Source: Candidatus Kerfeldbacteria bacterium (lineage in GTDB: Bacteria; Patescibacteriota; Patescibacteriia; UBA9570). From it: a DNA stretch of 39,139 nt. This document shows positions 18,435-28,391 of this stretch, in pieces (position 1 is the first letter of the stretch; every line of letters starts with the position of its first letter). The stretch is taken from the NCBI GenBank assembly GCA_016207285.1, contig JACQPW010000003.1:1-39139 (forward strand). Direction: 5' to 3'. Under the pieces are notes generated by a model. The model was given only the letters and a program-made list of their open reading frames with translations. It was not told where the DNA came from and did not search any database. The position numbers and the translations under genes are program-made.

Positions 18435-19258
18435 TATTATTCGGTGGCAACGGCATGCTCGGGCAGGCCTTACAGCAGGCTTTGTCTGGACACACCCTGC
18501 ATGTACTCACACACCACGAGGTTGATATTACTGATGCAGCCGCAGTTGACCGAGCCCTACAGACCATTCGACCAGACTATCTGATCAATGCCGCGGCCTA
18601 TACTAAGGTAGACGATTGTGAGACACAGCAAGAGTTAGCGCTGCGTAGTAACGGCTTGGCACCCGGCATCTTGGCGGTAGCTGCTAAACAACATGGGTGT
18701 ACACTCATACACTTCAGTACGGATTACATCTTTTCTGGTACCAAACCCGAGGGTTATCAAGAATCAGATAGTCCAGATCAGCCGGTCAATTATTATGGCC
18801 AGACTAAACTAGCTGGGGAGCAGGCCATTAGAGCAGCCGGCTTAAAGGAATATTATATCATTCGAACTGCTTGGTTATATGGTGCACATGGAATTAATTT
18901 TGTAGATACTATGTTGACCTTAGCTAAAACCAAATCGCAACTCCAGGTGGTGAACGATCAGCATGGTAGTCCTACCTACACAGTCGATCTGGCGGTAGCG
19001 ACCAAACAGTTTGTCGAGCAAGCACTGCCTTATGGCATCTACCATCTCACTAATACTGGTGACTGTACGTGGTATGAGTTTGCCACAGAAATTTTCCGAC
19101 AAGCCAAATTGCCTGTTCGCGTGGAACCATGCACCAGTGCCGCCTTCCCGCGACCGGCCAAACGTCCAACCTACTCCATCTTGTTGAACACAAAATTGGC
19201 TCCATTACGTCCTTGGCAAGCGGCGCTGGCTGACTACTTGTCGACGGTGAGCGGGTAA
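18422..19258 (+). CDS. rmlD: dTDP-4-dehydrorhamnose reductase
   Basis: GGNGMLG, NAAAYTKVD, STDYIF, YGQTKLAGE, DQHGSPT, RP.YS.L; start at ATG 18422. Confidence 0.95.
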   Translation: MSTLVLFGGNGMLGQALQQALSGHTLHVLTHHEVDITDAAAVDRALQTIRPDYLINAAAYTKVDDCETQQELALRSNGLAPGILAVAAKQHGCTLIHFSTDYIFSGTKPEGYQESDSPDQPVNYYGQTKLAGEQAIRAAGLKEYYIIRTAWLYGAHGINFVDTMLTLAKTKSQLQVVNDQHGSPTYTVDLAVATKQFVEQALPYGIYHLTNTGDCTWYEFATEIFRQAKLPVRVEPCTSAAFPRPAKRPTYSILLNTKLAPLRPWQAALADYLSTVSG

Positions 19259-20154
19259 AGCAGGGTTTCTGCGGTGGTACTAATCACAATACTATCCAGA
19301 TCGCTATTATACTCCACAGCAGTGATGGTAGCAGCGAGTGTGGCAACGACTTGATCGGAATAGTTGGTTTGGCTGCGACTATCCAGGATATGGAGAGAAT
19401 GAGCATCCGCATAGGCAATATAAGGGGTTTCACTGATCCAGACAGCAGCGATGATTGGTGTACTGACACGGATTAAGGTAGTGAACTGATCAGTGGATAG
19501 ACTGACTAAACTAATACTGAAATCACTGAGCAGAGCAATTTGATCTGGCTGCCCAATGTCAACCAGCTGTCTGGTGTCATTGTCCAGCAGTCGGCTGGTC
19601 ATCACACCACCTAATTGGCTTAAGAGCGTCGCTTGCTGCGTGACGGCATCCAGTACTACCACTTGATTTGTACCCACTATAAATTGATTCTGGTCTGAAT
19701 CTGAACTGAGCTGGGCTAACGCTGCCTGGAACGCAATCGGCAGATCCGCTGGCACAATCGGTTCGGCAGCGGGAGCGAGCCCAGTTGTGGTTGGATGAAT
19801 GGGCACATCAGGCCACAAGCGCAATGGTTCAAAGACGAGCGTGCTGTTCGCTTTAGTGGTGACGCTTAAATTGACTGGTAGGTAGTCAGGGGCCTCAATA
19901 TGGAGGTGATAATCGCCCGGCGCAAGGTGTGTAAAGCTAGCCGTGCCGTCGTTACTACTCAAACCGTTTGGTAACAATAAAATATAACTGCCCTCGTTTG
20001 GTTCAACCGCCAAACGGATGTTGCTGGTGGGCTGTACGGTCCAGGTGAGCCAGTTGATCGAGTAACCAGAGCTGTAGAGTAATATCCATGATAAACCAAC
20101 AACTGATAAGGTTAGTACAACAATAAAGATCAGTTGACGTAGCCGGGTAGACAT
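19234..20154 (-). CDS. Membrane-anchored PEGA-like domain protein
   Basis: N-terminal TM, then GYSINW and 'LAPGDYHLHIEAPDY' (PEGA-like), followed by a beta-rich C-terminus; start at ATG 20154 avoids overlap with murA. Confidence 0.6.
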   Translation of the reverse strand: MSTRLRQLIFIVVLTLSVVGLSWILLYSSGYSINWLTWTVQPTSNIRLAVEPNEGSYILLLPNGLSSNDGTASFTHLAPGDYHLHIEAPDYLPVNLSVTTKANSTLVFEPLRLWPDVPIHPTTTGLAPAAEPIVPADLPIAFQAALAQLSSDSDQNQFIVGTNQVVVLDAVTQQATLLSQLGGVMTSRLLDNDTRQLVDIGQPDQIALLSDFSISLVSLSTDQFTTLIRVSTPIIAAVWISETPYIAYADAHSLHILDSRSQTNYSDQVVATLAATITAVEYNSDLDSIVISTTAETLLYPLTVDK

Positions 20155-20162
20155 CGTAGACT
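20134..20162 (+). promoter_or_regulatory. sigma70-like promoter for murA, leaderless
   Basis: TTGACG-N17-TAGACT; 8 nt before ATG 20171. Confidence 0.7.
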
Positions 20163-20163
20163 C

Positions 20164-20191
20164 ATTGTACATGGCTAAGTTTATTATACAA
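20164..20191 (-). promoter_or_regulatory. sigma70-like promoter for the PEGA-like gene
   Basis: TTGTAT-N16-TACAAT; 9 nt before ATG 20154 (an alternative TATAAT lies at 20183-20188). Confidence 0.5.
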
Positions 20192-21436
20192 GGTAAGGGA
20201 CGTATCCACGGTAGTATTCGTGTAGCTGGTGCCAAAAATCACGCCCTCAAATTATTTGCGGCTGCCTTGTTAACGAAGCAACCAGTGCGTTTGACCAATG
20301 TGCCAGAAATTGAGGATGTTTTTAGGTTGGGTGAGATTCTAGAAGCGATTGGTGTCTCTGTCCAACACAAACGTAAAGGTGAGTATCATTTGACTGCGCG
20401 CCAGCTGACCACCACCACACTGCCAAAAAAATTAGTACCGAAGTTACGGGCTTCCATTTTACTCAGTGGTCCAGTACTGGCTCGGTATGGTCAAGTTACC
20501 TTTCCGCATCCAGGCGGTTGCTGGTTTGGAAAGCGGCCAATCAATCTATTCATTGATGCCTTTACAGCGATGGGTGCTACCTGTACGTATCAGCAAGGCA
20601 TTTACCATTGTGTAGCCCCAAAAGGAGGCTTGCGCGGGACACATTATATTTTTCCGATCATCAGTGTAACCGGTACAGAGACTTTAATGTTAGCAGCTGT
20701 CCTGGCTCGTGGTACGACCACGATCGAGAATGCTGCCCGTGAACCGGAGGTGGCGGCGTTAGCTGAATTTTTAAATAGTTGTGGGGCACATATCCGTGGT
20801 GTTGGCACCAGTACATTGATGATACGAGGAGTCAAACAATTACACGGTGGTAGTAGTACTGTGATTCCTGATCGTATTGAAACGTTATCCTTTATTTTTT
20901 TAGCTCTAGCCGCCAAACAAAAGTTAACGATTACACATTGTCAGCCAAACCATATTGCTGTACCACTACAATTATTGCGTGATAGTGGGGCGCTGTTTAC
21001 GCTTACCAATCAGACGATTACTGTGCATCCGTGGAAGAAACTAAAACCATTGCAGGTAGTTACGCGTGAATATCCTGGCTTTCCAACAGATGGTCAATCA
21101 CCATTAACGGTACTGCTGACGCAAATTCCTGGACAAAGTGAAGTCATGGAGACGATCTACTCGGATCGATTGTTTTATACCGATATGCTGAACCGCATGG
21201 GAGCACATATTACTATGCATACATCGCAACACATCATGATTAAGGGAGGCACTAAATTGCGTGCAAAAATTGTGGATAGTCCGGACTTACGAGCGGGGAT
21301 CGCAATGGTCATTGCTGGCATCATTGCGCATGGTCGAACTGAAATTGGCAACATTTATCAGATCGATCGTGGTTATGAAGCGATTGACCAACGGTTGCGT
21401 GCAATTGGCGTCCGCATTGAACGCCAGGACGATTGA
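20171..21436 (+). CDS. murA: UDP-N-acetylglucosamine 1-carboxyvinyltransferase
   Basis: GAKN, LRASIL, PGGC..G.RP (catalytic Cys retained), ENAAREPEV, PDRIE, PGFPTD, DLRAG, IDRGYE. Confidence 0.95.
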   Translation: MAKFIIQGKGRIHGSIRVAGAKNHALKLFAAALLTKQPVRLTNVPEIEDVFRLGEILEAIGVSVQHKRKGEYHLTARQLTTTTLPKKLVPKLRASILLSGPVLARYGQVTFPHPGGCWFGKRPINLFIDAFTAMGATCTYQQGIYHCVAPKGGLRGTHYIFPIISVTGTETLMLAAVLARGTTTIENAAREPEVAALAEFLNSCGAHIRGVGTSTLMIRGVKQLHGGSSTVIPDRIETLSFIFLALAAKQKLTITHCQPNHIAVPLQLLRDSGALFTLTNQTITVHPWKKLKPLQVVTREYPGFPTDGQSPLTVLLTQIPGQSEVMETIYSDRLFYTDMLNRMGAHITMHTSQHIMIKGGTKLRAKIVDSPDLRAGIAMVIAGIIAHGRTEIGNIYQIDRGYEAIDQRLRAIGVRIERQDD

Positions 21437-21461
21437 CCGAGTTCGTCGTAATTGCTAAACT
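21433..21461 (+). promoter_or_regulatory. sigma70-like promoter for ctpA, leaderless
   Basis: TTGACC-N17-TAAACT with extended -10 TG; 8 nt before ATG 21470. Confidence 0.7.
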
Positions 21462-21469
21462 ACTGCGGT

Positions 21470-22663
21470 ATGTCTGTGCACCGTTCGGGAAAATTCTTTG
21501 TTTGGGGATTAGTATTGGTAACCATCACAACGGTTGGGTTTACGGTTGGGTATGGCACTGGAATTTTGCAGAGCAAGCAACAACAAGCTAAAATCGTTTA
21601 TACAGAACCGTTGCAATCCGCTTTATTTTGGGAAGTATGGGATAAGGTGCAAACTGGTTATATCAGCCAACCCGTGGCGGATGAAGCTTTATTTTATGGT
21701 GCCATTCATGGTTTAGCACAGGCGGTAGATGATCCCTACACAGTTTTTTTTGATCCAAAGGAAACCGAGGCCTTTAGCGCTTCACTGAATGGATCATTTG
21801 AGGGGATTGGTGCAGAAATTGGAGAAAAAGACGGGCAGATTGTGGTGATTGCTCCACTGCTCGATTCACCCGCGGCGGTGGCAGGGTTACAGCCCAATGA
21901 TGCTATTATCAGCATTGATGGTTTTGATACGTACGGGTTATCTGTGGATGAGGCAGTTGAAAAAATTCGTGGTCCAAAAGGCAGTGTCGTGACGTTGACG
22001 ATTTACCGTGCCGGGGCTAGTGATTTAATGGATGTTGAGATTACTCGGAATACGATCGAGATTCCCAGTGCCGAATATAGCACCCAAGTGGTCGCTGGTA
22101 AGACCATTGCCACCATTACATTAAGTACGATTGACGAAACTTCGGCTGATGATATGCGGGCATTGGTGAATCAAGTCTTATTAGATCAACCAGCGGGCTT
22201 GATCCTAGACATGCGTAATAATCCGGGTGGTGTTTTACAGGGAGCGATTGATATTAGTTCTTTATTTCTGGCTAGTGGTGTGGTGGTGTCCGAAGAGTAT
22301 GGTGACGGCAAAGTACAATCTTACCAGGTATCGGTCGACGCTATTCTACCGGAGCAACCCAAATTAGTGGTACTGCTTAATGCCGGCAGTGCCTCCGCCG
22401 CTGAGATTATTGCTGGGGCATTACAAGATCATCAACGTGCCTACATTATTGGTCAGACCAGTTTTGGTAAAGGTTCAGTGCAAAACTATGAGTCATTTAC
22501 TGACGGCTCCAGCTTAAAAATGACGGTAGCGCATTGGTTAACGCCAAACCAACGGGCAATTAATGGTATTGGGATTACGCCAGATTTAATAGTGGAGTCT
22601 GTGGATGACGAGGCGGCGGTAGATGAACAGCTCCAAGCGGCCATAGAATATTTAATGCAATAG
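21470..22663 (+). CDS. ctpA: Carboxyl-terminal processing protease, S41A family with PDZ domain
   Basis: N-terminal TM, DPYT, FEGIGAEI, DMRNNPGG, SASAAEI, FGKGSVQ, GITPD. Confidence 0.92.
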   Translation: MSVHRSGKFFVWGLVLVTITTVGFTVGYGTGILQSKQQQAKIVYTEPLQSALFWEVWDKVQTGYISQPVADEALFYGAIHGLAQAVDDPYTVFFDPKETEAFSASLNGSFEGIGAEIGEKDGQIVVIAPLLDSPAAVAGLQPNDAIISIDGFDTYGLSVDEAVEKIRGPKGSVVTLTIYRAGASDLMDVEITRNTIEIPSAEYSTQVVAGKTIATITLSTIDETSADDMRALVNQVLLDQPAGLILDMRNNPGGVLQGAIDISSLFLASGVVVSEEYGDGKVQSYQVSVDAILPEQPKLVVLLNAGSASAAEIIAGALQDHQRAYIIGQTSFGKGSVQNYESFTDGSSLKMTVAHWLTPNQRAINGIGITPDLIVESVDDEAAVDEQLQAAIEYLMQ

Positions 22664-22672
22664 TGCTATACT
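22664..22672 (+). promoter_or_regulatory. Extended -10 promoter for rplI-pyrG, leaderless
   Basis: TGCTATACT; 7 nt before ATG 22680. Confidence 0.6.
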
Positions 22673-22679
22673 TTTTCGT

Positions 22680-23099
22680 ATGCAAGTGATTATGATGGCC
22701 ACCGGACAACTTAAAACCGTACCAGACGGATATGCTCGTAATTACCTATTGCCAAACAAATTAGCGACTGCCGCCACGGCCGAAAATGTCACTCAAGCCG
22801 AATCCAAACAGGCACAAACTCAGGCTGATCTAGCCACTCAAACCAAGCGCTACGCTCAGCTGATGGATCACATAGCACAGACCACCGTACAGGTATCCGC
22901 CAAGGCCAATGATCAGGGGAAACTGTTTGCCACCGTCCATCAAGATGCTGTGTTAGCTGCCTTGAGCAAAGAGCAGATCGTATTGCCGGCGACAGCCTTG
23001 ACGTTACCAACCATCAAGCAACTTGGTGAGCATAGTGCCACGGTGCAACTCCCTGGCCAGACAGCAGTAAATTTGAAGATTAACGTGGTCGCAGCATAG
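22680..23099 (+). CDS. rplI: 50S ribosomal protein L9 (shortened N-terminal domain)
   Basis: V.DGYARNYLLP, GKLF, IKQLGEH. Confidence 0.92.
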   Translation: MQVIMMATGQLKTVPDGYARNYLLPNKLATAATAENVTQAESKQAQTQADLATQTKRYAQLMDHIAQTTVQVSAKANDQGKLFATVHQDAVLAALSKEQIVLPATALTLPTIKQLGEHSATVQLPGQTAVNLKINVVAA

Positions 23100-23102
23100 G
23101 TT

Positions 23103-24743
23103 ATGGCTAAACGCATCCATCCAAAGTATATTTTTGTAGTAGGCGGAGTCATGTCCAGTGTGGGTAAAGGAGTTACCGCCGCTAGTATTGGTCGGATTTT
23201 GCAATCCAAGGGTTTACGCGTGACGGCGGTTAAAGCGGATCCTTATATTAATGTGGATGCTGGGACAATGAATCCAACTGAACACGGTGAGGTGTTTGTC
23301 ACGGAAGATCGCGATGAAACGGATCAAGACATTGGTAATTATGAGCGTTTTTTAAACGCCAATATTTACTCTGTTAATTACATGACGACTGGACGAGTCT
23401 ACGACACGGTGATTCGTAAAGAACGCAATCTGGAGTATAAAGGTGCCTGCGTGGAAGTAGTGCCTCATATTCCCGAGGAGATTATTAGTCGGATCCAAGC
23501 AGCCCAACGAGAATCTAAAGCCGATGTCACCATCATTGAGGTTGGGGGTACGGTTGGGGAATATCAAAATATCTTGTTTTTGGAAGCCGCTCGGATGATG
23601 CGCACGCGCTATCCAGACGATGTCTGCTTTATGTTAGTGAGCTATCTACCGATTCCAGAGCGAGTGGGTGAAATGAAAACTAAACCAACTCAATCGGCGG
23701 CGCGCACACTGAACGCCGCTGGTATTCAAACGGACTTTATTATTGCACGGGCAGCCCATGCCTTAGATCGTAAACGACAAGAAAAATTGGCCATTTTTTG
23801 CGGTATTCCTACGGATCATGCTATTTCAGCCCCAGATATTGATATGATTTATAAGCTGCCACAAGTGCTAGAAAAACAGCAGCTCGGTGACAAGCTACTG
23901 AAGCAGTTAAAATTAAAACCCCGTCGTACGCAGATGCAGAATTGGAATACGATGGTTGCGCGCGCTGTGCATTCTACCCGTGAGTTACGTATAGCAGTAG
24001 TGGGTAAGTATTTTGGTACCGGTGATTACACCTTATCTGATTCCTATATTTCAGTGATTGAAGCCCTCAAGCACGCGGCTTGGGCTCAGCATCGCAAACC
24101 CGTTCTGACCTGGATTGATTCAGAGGCGTACGAAAAACATCCGTCCAAAGCGGTGGAACTCAAACGGTATGATGGGGTAATCGTCCCAGGTGGCTTTGGT
24201 ACGCGCGGTGTGGAGGGGATTATCAAGGCTATTCAATACGTCCGTAAACAAAAGATCCCTTATCTGGGTTTATGTTACGGTATGCAGTTAGCCATGATTG
24301 AAATTGCTCGTCACGAAGCTGGGTTGAAGCAAGCCAATACCGTTGAGATGGCACCCTACGCTAAACATCCTATTATCCACATCAATCCAAAACAATCAGA
24401 AAATATCAAGTTGAATCGGTACGGTGGCACGATGCGGCTAGGTGCGTTTCGCTGCAAACTAAAACCAGGGACCAAAGCTTACCAAGCGTATGGTCGAAAC
24501 GAGATTTCTGAACGCCACCGCCATCGTTATGAGTTCAATAACAATTATAGGGTGGCCTTAGAGAAAGCCGGCGTGGTTTTTTCTGGTATGAACCCAGACC
24601 AGGATCTAGTGGAGATTGCTGAATATAAACCCCATCCTTGGTTTGTCGGTACACAATTCCATCCTGAATTTAAGTCACGCCCCTTAGAACCACATCCGCT
24701 GTATTTGGCTTTTGTGAAGGCCTGTATTAAGGCAAGTAAATAA
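23103..24743 (+). CDS. pyrG: CTP synthase
   Basis: GGVMSSVGKG, DPYINVDAGTMNP.EHGEVFV, KTKPTQ, GLCYGMQ, ERHRHRYE, QFHPEF. Confidence 0.97.
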   Translation: MAKRIHPKYIFVVGGVMSSVGKGVTAASIGRILQSKGLRVTAVKADPYINVDAGTMNPTEHGEVFVTEDRDETDQDIGNYERFLNANIYSVNYMTTGRVYDTVIRKERNLEYKGACVEVVPHIPEEIISRIQAAQRESKADVTIIEVGGTVGEYQNILFLEAARMMRTRYPDDVCFMLVSYLPIPERVGEMKTKPTQSAARTLNAAGIQTDFIIARAAHALDRKRQEKLAIFCGIPTDHAISAPDIDMIYKLPQVLEKQQLGDKLLKQLKLKPRRTQMQNWNTMVARAVHSTRELRIAVVGKYFGTGDYTLSDSYISVIEALKHAAWAQHRKPVLTWIDSEAYEKHPSKAVELKRYDGVIVPGGFGTRGVEGIIKAIQYVRKQKIPYLGLCYGMQLAMIEIARHEAGLKQANTVEMAPYAKHPIIHINPKQSENIKLNRYGGTMRLGAFRCKLKPGTKAYQAYGRNEISERHRHRYEFNNNYRVALEKAGVVFSGMNPDQDLVEIAEYKPHPWFVGTQFHPEFKSRPLEPHPLYLAFVKACIKASK

Positions 24744-24753
24744 AGCACACAAC

Positions 24754-24785
24754 AAATAACCCCGCATTGATATGCGGGGTTATTT
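24754..24785. terminator. Bidirectional intrinsic terminator between convergent pyrG and rpmA
   Basis: Perfect 14-bp inverted repeat AAATAACCCCGCAT-tgat-ATGCGGGGTTATTT, giving U-rich tails on both strands. Confidence 0.85.
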
Positions 24786-24795
24786 AATCATCGGT

Positions 24796-25068
24796 TCAAG
24801 TGACGTGGACGTACTGTCGACGAACAAATTGACCAGTGAAGTTCTTGACTTTACGAATGTTGAATGCAACTACTCCAGCTTTAGCCGCGTACAAGGTATC
24901 ATCTTCACCCCGCCGAACATTTTTACCAGGATGGTATTTGGTGCCACGTTGACGGACGATCACCTCGCCTGGCTTGGCGATTTGTCCACCGTAAATCTTG
25001 ACACCGAGACGTTTGGATACGGAATCTCGGCCTAAACTAGTTGATCCACCTGCTTTTGTGTGTGCCAT
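24796..25068 (-). CDS. rpmA: 50S ribosomal protein L27
   Basis: [35 protein letters not shown]; start at ATG 25068. Confidence 0.97.
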   Translation of the reverse strand: MAHTKAGGSTSLGRDSVSKRLGVKIYGGQIAKPGEVIVRQRGTKYHPGKNVRRGEDDTLYAAKAGVVAFNIRKVKNFTGQFVRRQYVHVT

Positions 25069-25076
25069 ACCGAACG

Positions 25077-25105
25077 AGTCTAGCAAAGCTTGCTTTTTTT
25101 GTCAA
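25077..25105 (-). promoter_or_regulatory. Near-consensus sigma70 promoter for rpmA, leaderless
   Basis: TTGACA-N17-TAGACT with extended -10 TG; 8 nt before ATG 25068. Confidence 0.8.
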
Positions 25106-25118
25106 AACCCCTTATCCT
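25090..25118 (+). promoter_or_regulatory. sigma70-like promoter for the DUF4013-glyQS operon, leaderless
   Basis: TTGCTT-N17-TATCCT; 7 nt before ATG 25126. Confidence 0.6.
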
Positions 25119-25125
25119 TAGGGGC

Positions 25126-25833
25126 ATGACCTTAAGCAGTGAGCAGTTTAACGAGATTATTAAGTATCCCTTTTCCGGTAAGGATTGGTTTATCCGGATT
25201 TCTCTCCAAGGCGCTTTATTGGCACTGCTCTGTCCTTTTTTGATTGGTATACCCTTTTTGGCGGGTTTTGTGATTACACACACCCGGCGTGGCATTGATG
25301 GTTCCCTGGACTATCCCAGTTGGAATGATTGGGGCTTATACTGGTCTCGGGGTTGGCGGGCACTAGCGGTTAACGTAGTGTATTATCTACCCATCTTAGC
25401 GCTGTTTGTGACGTACATGGTGGTGGCTGTGATTCCATTAGTGGTGGGAGCAGTGACTGAATCGGACGCTTTGATGGCGGTTGGTTCAATTTTAGCCATG
25501 CTTGGTAGCGTAGTGTTATATGCTTGTATGTTTGTCTATGCAATCTTTTATTCTTTAGTGCAAATGGCCACCGCACCCTTAGTGGCTCTCGATTTACCCA
25601 TTGCCGCATCATTTCAGCTCAAACACTATGTCTGGCCCTACATGAAAGCCAATATTGTGAATATGATTTTAGCCTTTTTGATTACCTACTTGTGTGCCTT
25701 GGTAGCGAACATTGGTTTGCTGTTGCTGTTCATCGGAATCTTTTTCACCTTCCCCATTGCAGTGGCAATGATGGCTTATGCGAATGGCCTGATCTACCGC
25801 ATCTCAACCGTAAAATATCCTGCCAGTCATTAA
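25126..25833 (+). CDS. DUF4013-like membrane protein
   Basis: KYPF..KDW, 'IGIPFLAGF', 'P.W.DWG...RG' pattern and several TMs; start at ATG 25126. Confidence 0.7.
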   Translation: MTLSSEQFNEIIKYPFSGKDWFIRISLQGALLALLCPFLIGIPFLAGFVITHTRRGIDGSLDYPSWNDWGLYWSRGWRALAVNVVYYLPILALFVTYMVVAVIPLVVGAVTESDALMAVGSILAMLGSVVLYACMFVYAIFYSLVQMATAPLVALDLPIAASFQLKHYVWPYMKANIVNMILAFLITYLCALVANIGLLLLFIGIFFTFPIAVAMMAYANGLIYRISTVKYPASH

Positions 25834-25836
25834 CGT

Positions 25837-27135
25837 ATGGAGATGGAAGCGTTGGTATCCCTAGCCAAACAGCGCGGTTTTATTTTCCCGGGCAGTGAAA
25901 TTTATGGCGGCTTAGCGAACTCTTGGGATTATGGCCCGCTCGGTGCCCAACTGCGCATGAACATCAAGCGTGCCTGGTGGCGCGATGTCGTGGAACAACG
26001 TAACGATCTGTTCGGTTTGGACGGAGCCATCATGATGAATCCCAAAGTGTGGGAAGCTTCTGGACACGTCGCTACCTTCCATGACCCATTAGTAGAATGC
26101 AACAAATGTAATCATCGGTTTCGAGCGGATGATGTGCAGGGAACGATCTGTCCAGATTGTGGTGGAGCACTGTCTAAACCACGTGACTTTAATACCATGT
26201 TCAAAACCCAGATTGGGCCAGTGAGTGAACAGGGGACGAGCGTCTATTTGCGTCCAGAAACGGCGCAAGCGATGTTTGTCAATTTTAAGAACATCATGCA
26301 ATCCATGCGTCCACGCTTGCCGTTTGGATTAGCCCAGATTGGTAAAGCCTTTCGCAATGAAATTACTCCCGGTAATTACATCTTCCGCACCTTAGAATTT
26401 GAACAAATGGAAATTGAGTATTTCATTGAGCCGGAGACCTGGGAAACCAGTTTTGAGACTTGGAAACAATGGATGTTAGACTGGGCCAAGACCACTGGGA
26501 TTGATCTAGCCAAGGTGCATGAGCTGGAAGTGCCCGCCGCAGACCGCGCCCATTATTCAAAACGCACGGTTGACTTTGAATTTGATTTTCCGTTTGGGCG
26601 CAAAGAGTTATGGGGTTTAGCCTATCGGGGTGATTTTGATCTGACGAACCACAGCCAAGCTTCCGGAGAACGCCTGGAATACACTGACCCCACTGACCCA
26701 AAACGCAAATTCATCCCGCATGTGATTGAACCAACCATGGGAGTGGACCGCACGTTGTTAGCGCTGCTCGTCAGTGCCTATGATGAGGAGGAAGTGAATG
26801 GAGAAACGCGCGTGGTGTTACGCCTCACTAAAGAGATGGCCCCGTATCAAGTGGCCGTGTTGCCGTTATCCAAAAAAGATGAATTAAAAGCGGTGGCGCA
26901 ACCGTTACTGCAAGAACTCATGCGATCGTTCCGTTGTGACTACGACGAAACCCAAAGCATTGGTAAGCGGTATCGTCGTCAAGATGAGATCGGTACCCCC
27001 TATTGTATTACCGTTGATTTTGAATCGTTAAACGATCAGCAAGTGACTGTGCGTGAACGTGATTCTATGCAACAAGTGCGTTTACCACTTAGCCAAATTA
27101 CTCACTATTTATCTGACCATGGTCTCACGTCATAA
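25837..27135 (+). CDS. glyQS: Glycine--tRNA ligase, homodimeric alpha2 type
   Basis: [59 protein letters not shown]. Confidence 0.96.
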   Translation: MEMEALVSLAKQRGFIFPGSEIYGGLANSWDYGPLGAQLRMNIKRAWWRDVVEQRNDLFGLDGAIMMNPKVWEASGHVATFHDPLVECNKCNHRFRADDVQGTICPDCGGALSKPRDFNTMFKTQIGPVSEQGTSVYLRPETAQAMFVNFKNIMQSMRPRLPFGLAQIGKAFRNEITPGNYIFRTLEFEQMEIEYFIEPETWETSFETWKQWMLDWAKTTGIDLAKVHELEVPAADRAHYSKRTVDFEFDFPFGRKELWGLAYRGDFDLTNHSQASGERLEYTDPTDPKRKFIPHVIEPTMGVDRTLLALLVSAYDEEEVNGETRVVLRLTKEMAPYQVAVLPLSKKDELKAVAQPLLQELMRSFRCDYDETQSIGKRYRRQDEIGTPYCITVDFESLNDQQVTVRERDSMQQVRLPLSQITHYLSDHGLTS

Positions 27136-28390
27136 GCTTAACAATAAACTAACGATCGTTACCGTTCCCCAGCCTGGTACTGAGACGGTTACCGTGATGG
27201 TATTAGTACCAGTTGGTTCACGCCAAGAACAACCCAGTACGAATGGTATTTCCCATTTTCTGGAGCATTTGATGTTTAAGGGCACTACGAAACGTCCAAG
27301 CACCCTAGAGCTCACCAAGCAGTTAGATGCCGTTGGGGCTGAGTACAACGCGTTCACTTCAAAAGACACTACGCTGTACTATATTAAAGTCGCCGCTAAA
27401 CAGCTAGAGCTAGCTTTAGACTTATTTTCTGACATGTTGTTTCATTCGTTGTTTGATCCTACGGAAATTGACCGCGAACGAGGAGTCATCTTGGAAGAAT
27501 TAAATATGTATGAGGACAATCCATTGATGCATGTGGATACCTTGTTTGAGATGTCTTTATTCGGAAAAACGCACCCCTTGGGATACGACATTGGTGGTAA
27601 GAAGAAGAATATCAAGCAACTGCCGCGGTCGGCTTTTATGCGCTACAAACAAGAGCACTATGCACCGGCCGCCATGCATTTGGTGATTGCAGGGAACATT
27701 GATAAACGCGCTGGTCGTTGGATTAAGCAATACTTCGGTCAGCAGCCAGCTGGGCGTCCGGCGCAAGCGGTGAAACGGTTCGTGCCCTATCAGCGGAGTG
27801 TGCAATTTGTGCACAAACATAAAGACACCAAGCAAACCCAGTTAGCCTTGGGCGTACCAGGCATCGGTTTACGCGATCGTACGCACCTCACCACCTTGTC
27901 AGTATTGTCTAGTATTTTGGGCGGTAACATGAGTTCTCGGTTATTTATCTCTATTCGCGAGCGCCAAGGTTTGTGTTATGTCATTCATAGCTCCGTTAAC
28001 CCGTATGTCGACACGGGAACACTCATGATTCAGGCCGGGGTCGATAACACTAGAGTTGAGCCAGCCATCATTGCTATTGTCGGGGAGCTGCGCAAAATCA
28101 AGGATGATTTGGTGTCTGTAGAGGAATTACGTGATGCTAAAACGTGCTTAGCTGGTCAAACTGCTCTCAAGTTAGAAGACTCCGCTGCGCTGGCTGGTTT
28201 TTATGGTAAGCAGTCTGTGCTCGTCGGTACCCTCCATAGTCCAAAAGAACGTCTCGCAGCGATTAATCAAGTGACCCGTGAGGATATTCGACGCTTGGCT
28301 CGTCGTTTGCTACACTTACCACTGTTAAACATTGCCAGCATTGGCCCCCAGCAGTCTTTAAAGAGCGTACAAGCCGATTTAGCACTGTAA
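27119..28390 (+). CDS. M16B family zinc peptidase (pitrilysin-like)
   Basis: [19 protein letters not shown] (HxxEH), [26 protein letters not shown]; start at ATG 27119. Confidence 0.93.
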   Translation: MVSRHKLNNKLTIVTVPQPGTETVTVMVLVPVGSRQEQPSTNGISHFLEHLMFKGTTKRPSTLELTKQLDAVGAEYNAFTSKDTTLYYIKVAAKQLELALDLFSDMLFHSLFDPTEIDRERGVILEELNMYEDNPLMHVDTLFEMSLFGKTHPLGYDIGGKKKNIKQLPRSAFMRYKQEHYAPAAMHLVIAGNIDKRAGRWIKQYFGQQPAGRPAQAVKRFVPYQRSVQFVHKHKDTKQTQLALGVPGIGLRDRTHLTTLSVLSSILGGNMSSRLFISIRERQGLCYVIHSSVNPYVDTGTLMIQAGVDNTRVEPAIIAIVGELRKIKDDLVSVEELRDAKTCLAGQTALKLEDSAALAGFYGKQSVLVGTLHSPKERLAAINQVTREDIRRLARRLLHLPLLNIASIGPQQSLKSVQADLAL

Positions 28391-28391
28391 C

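Noticed and set aside
20155..20235. Apparent 71-bp overlap between the PEGA-like ORF and murA
   Set aside because: The upstream extension is spurious; ATG 20154 precedes the TM segment and removes the overlap
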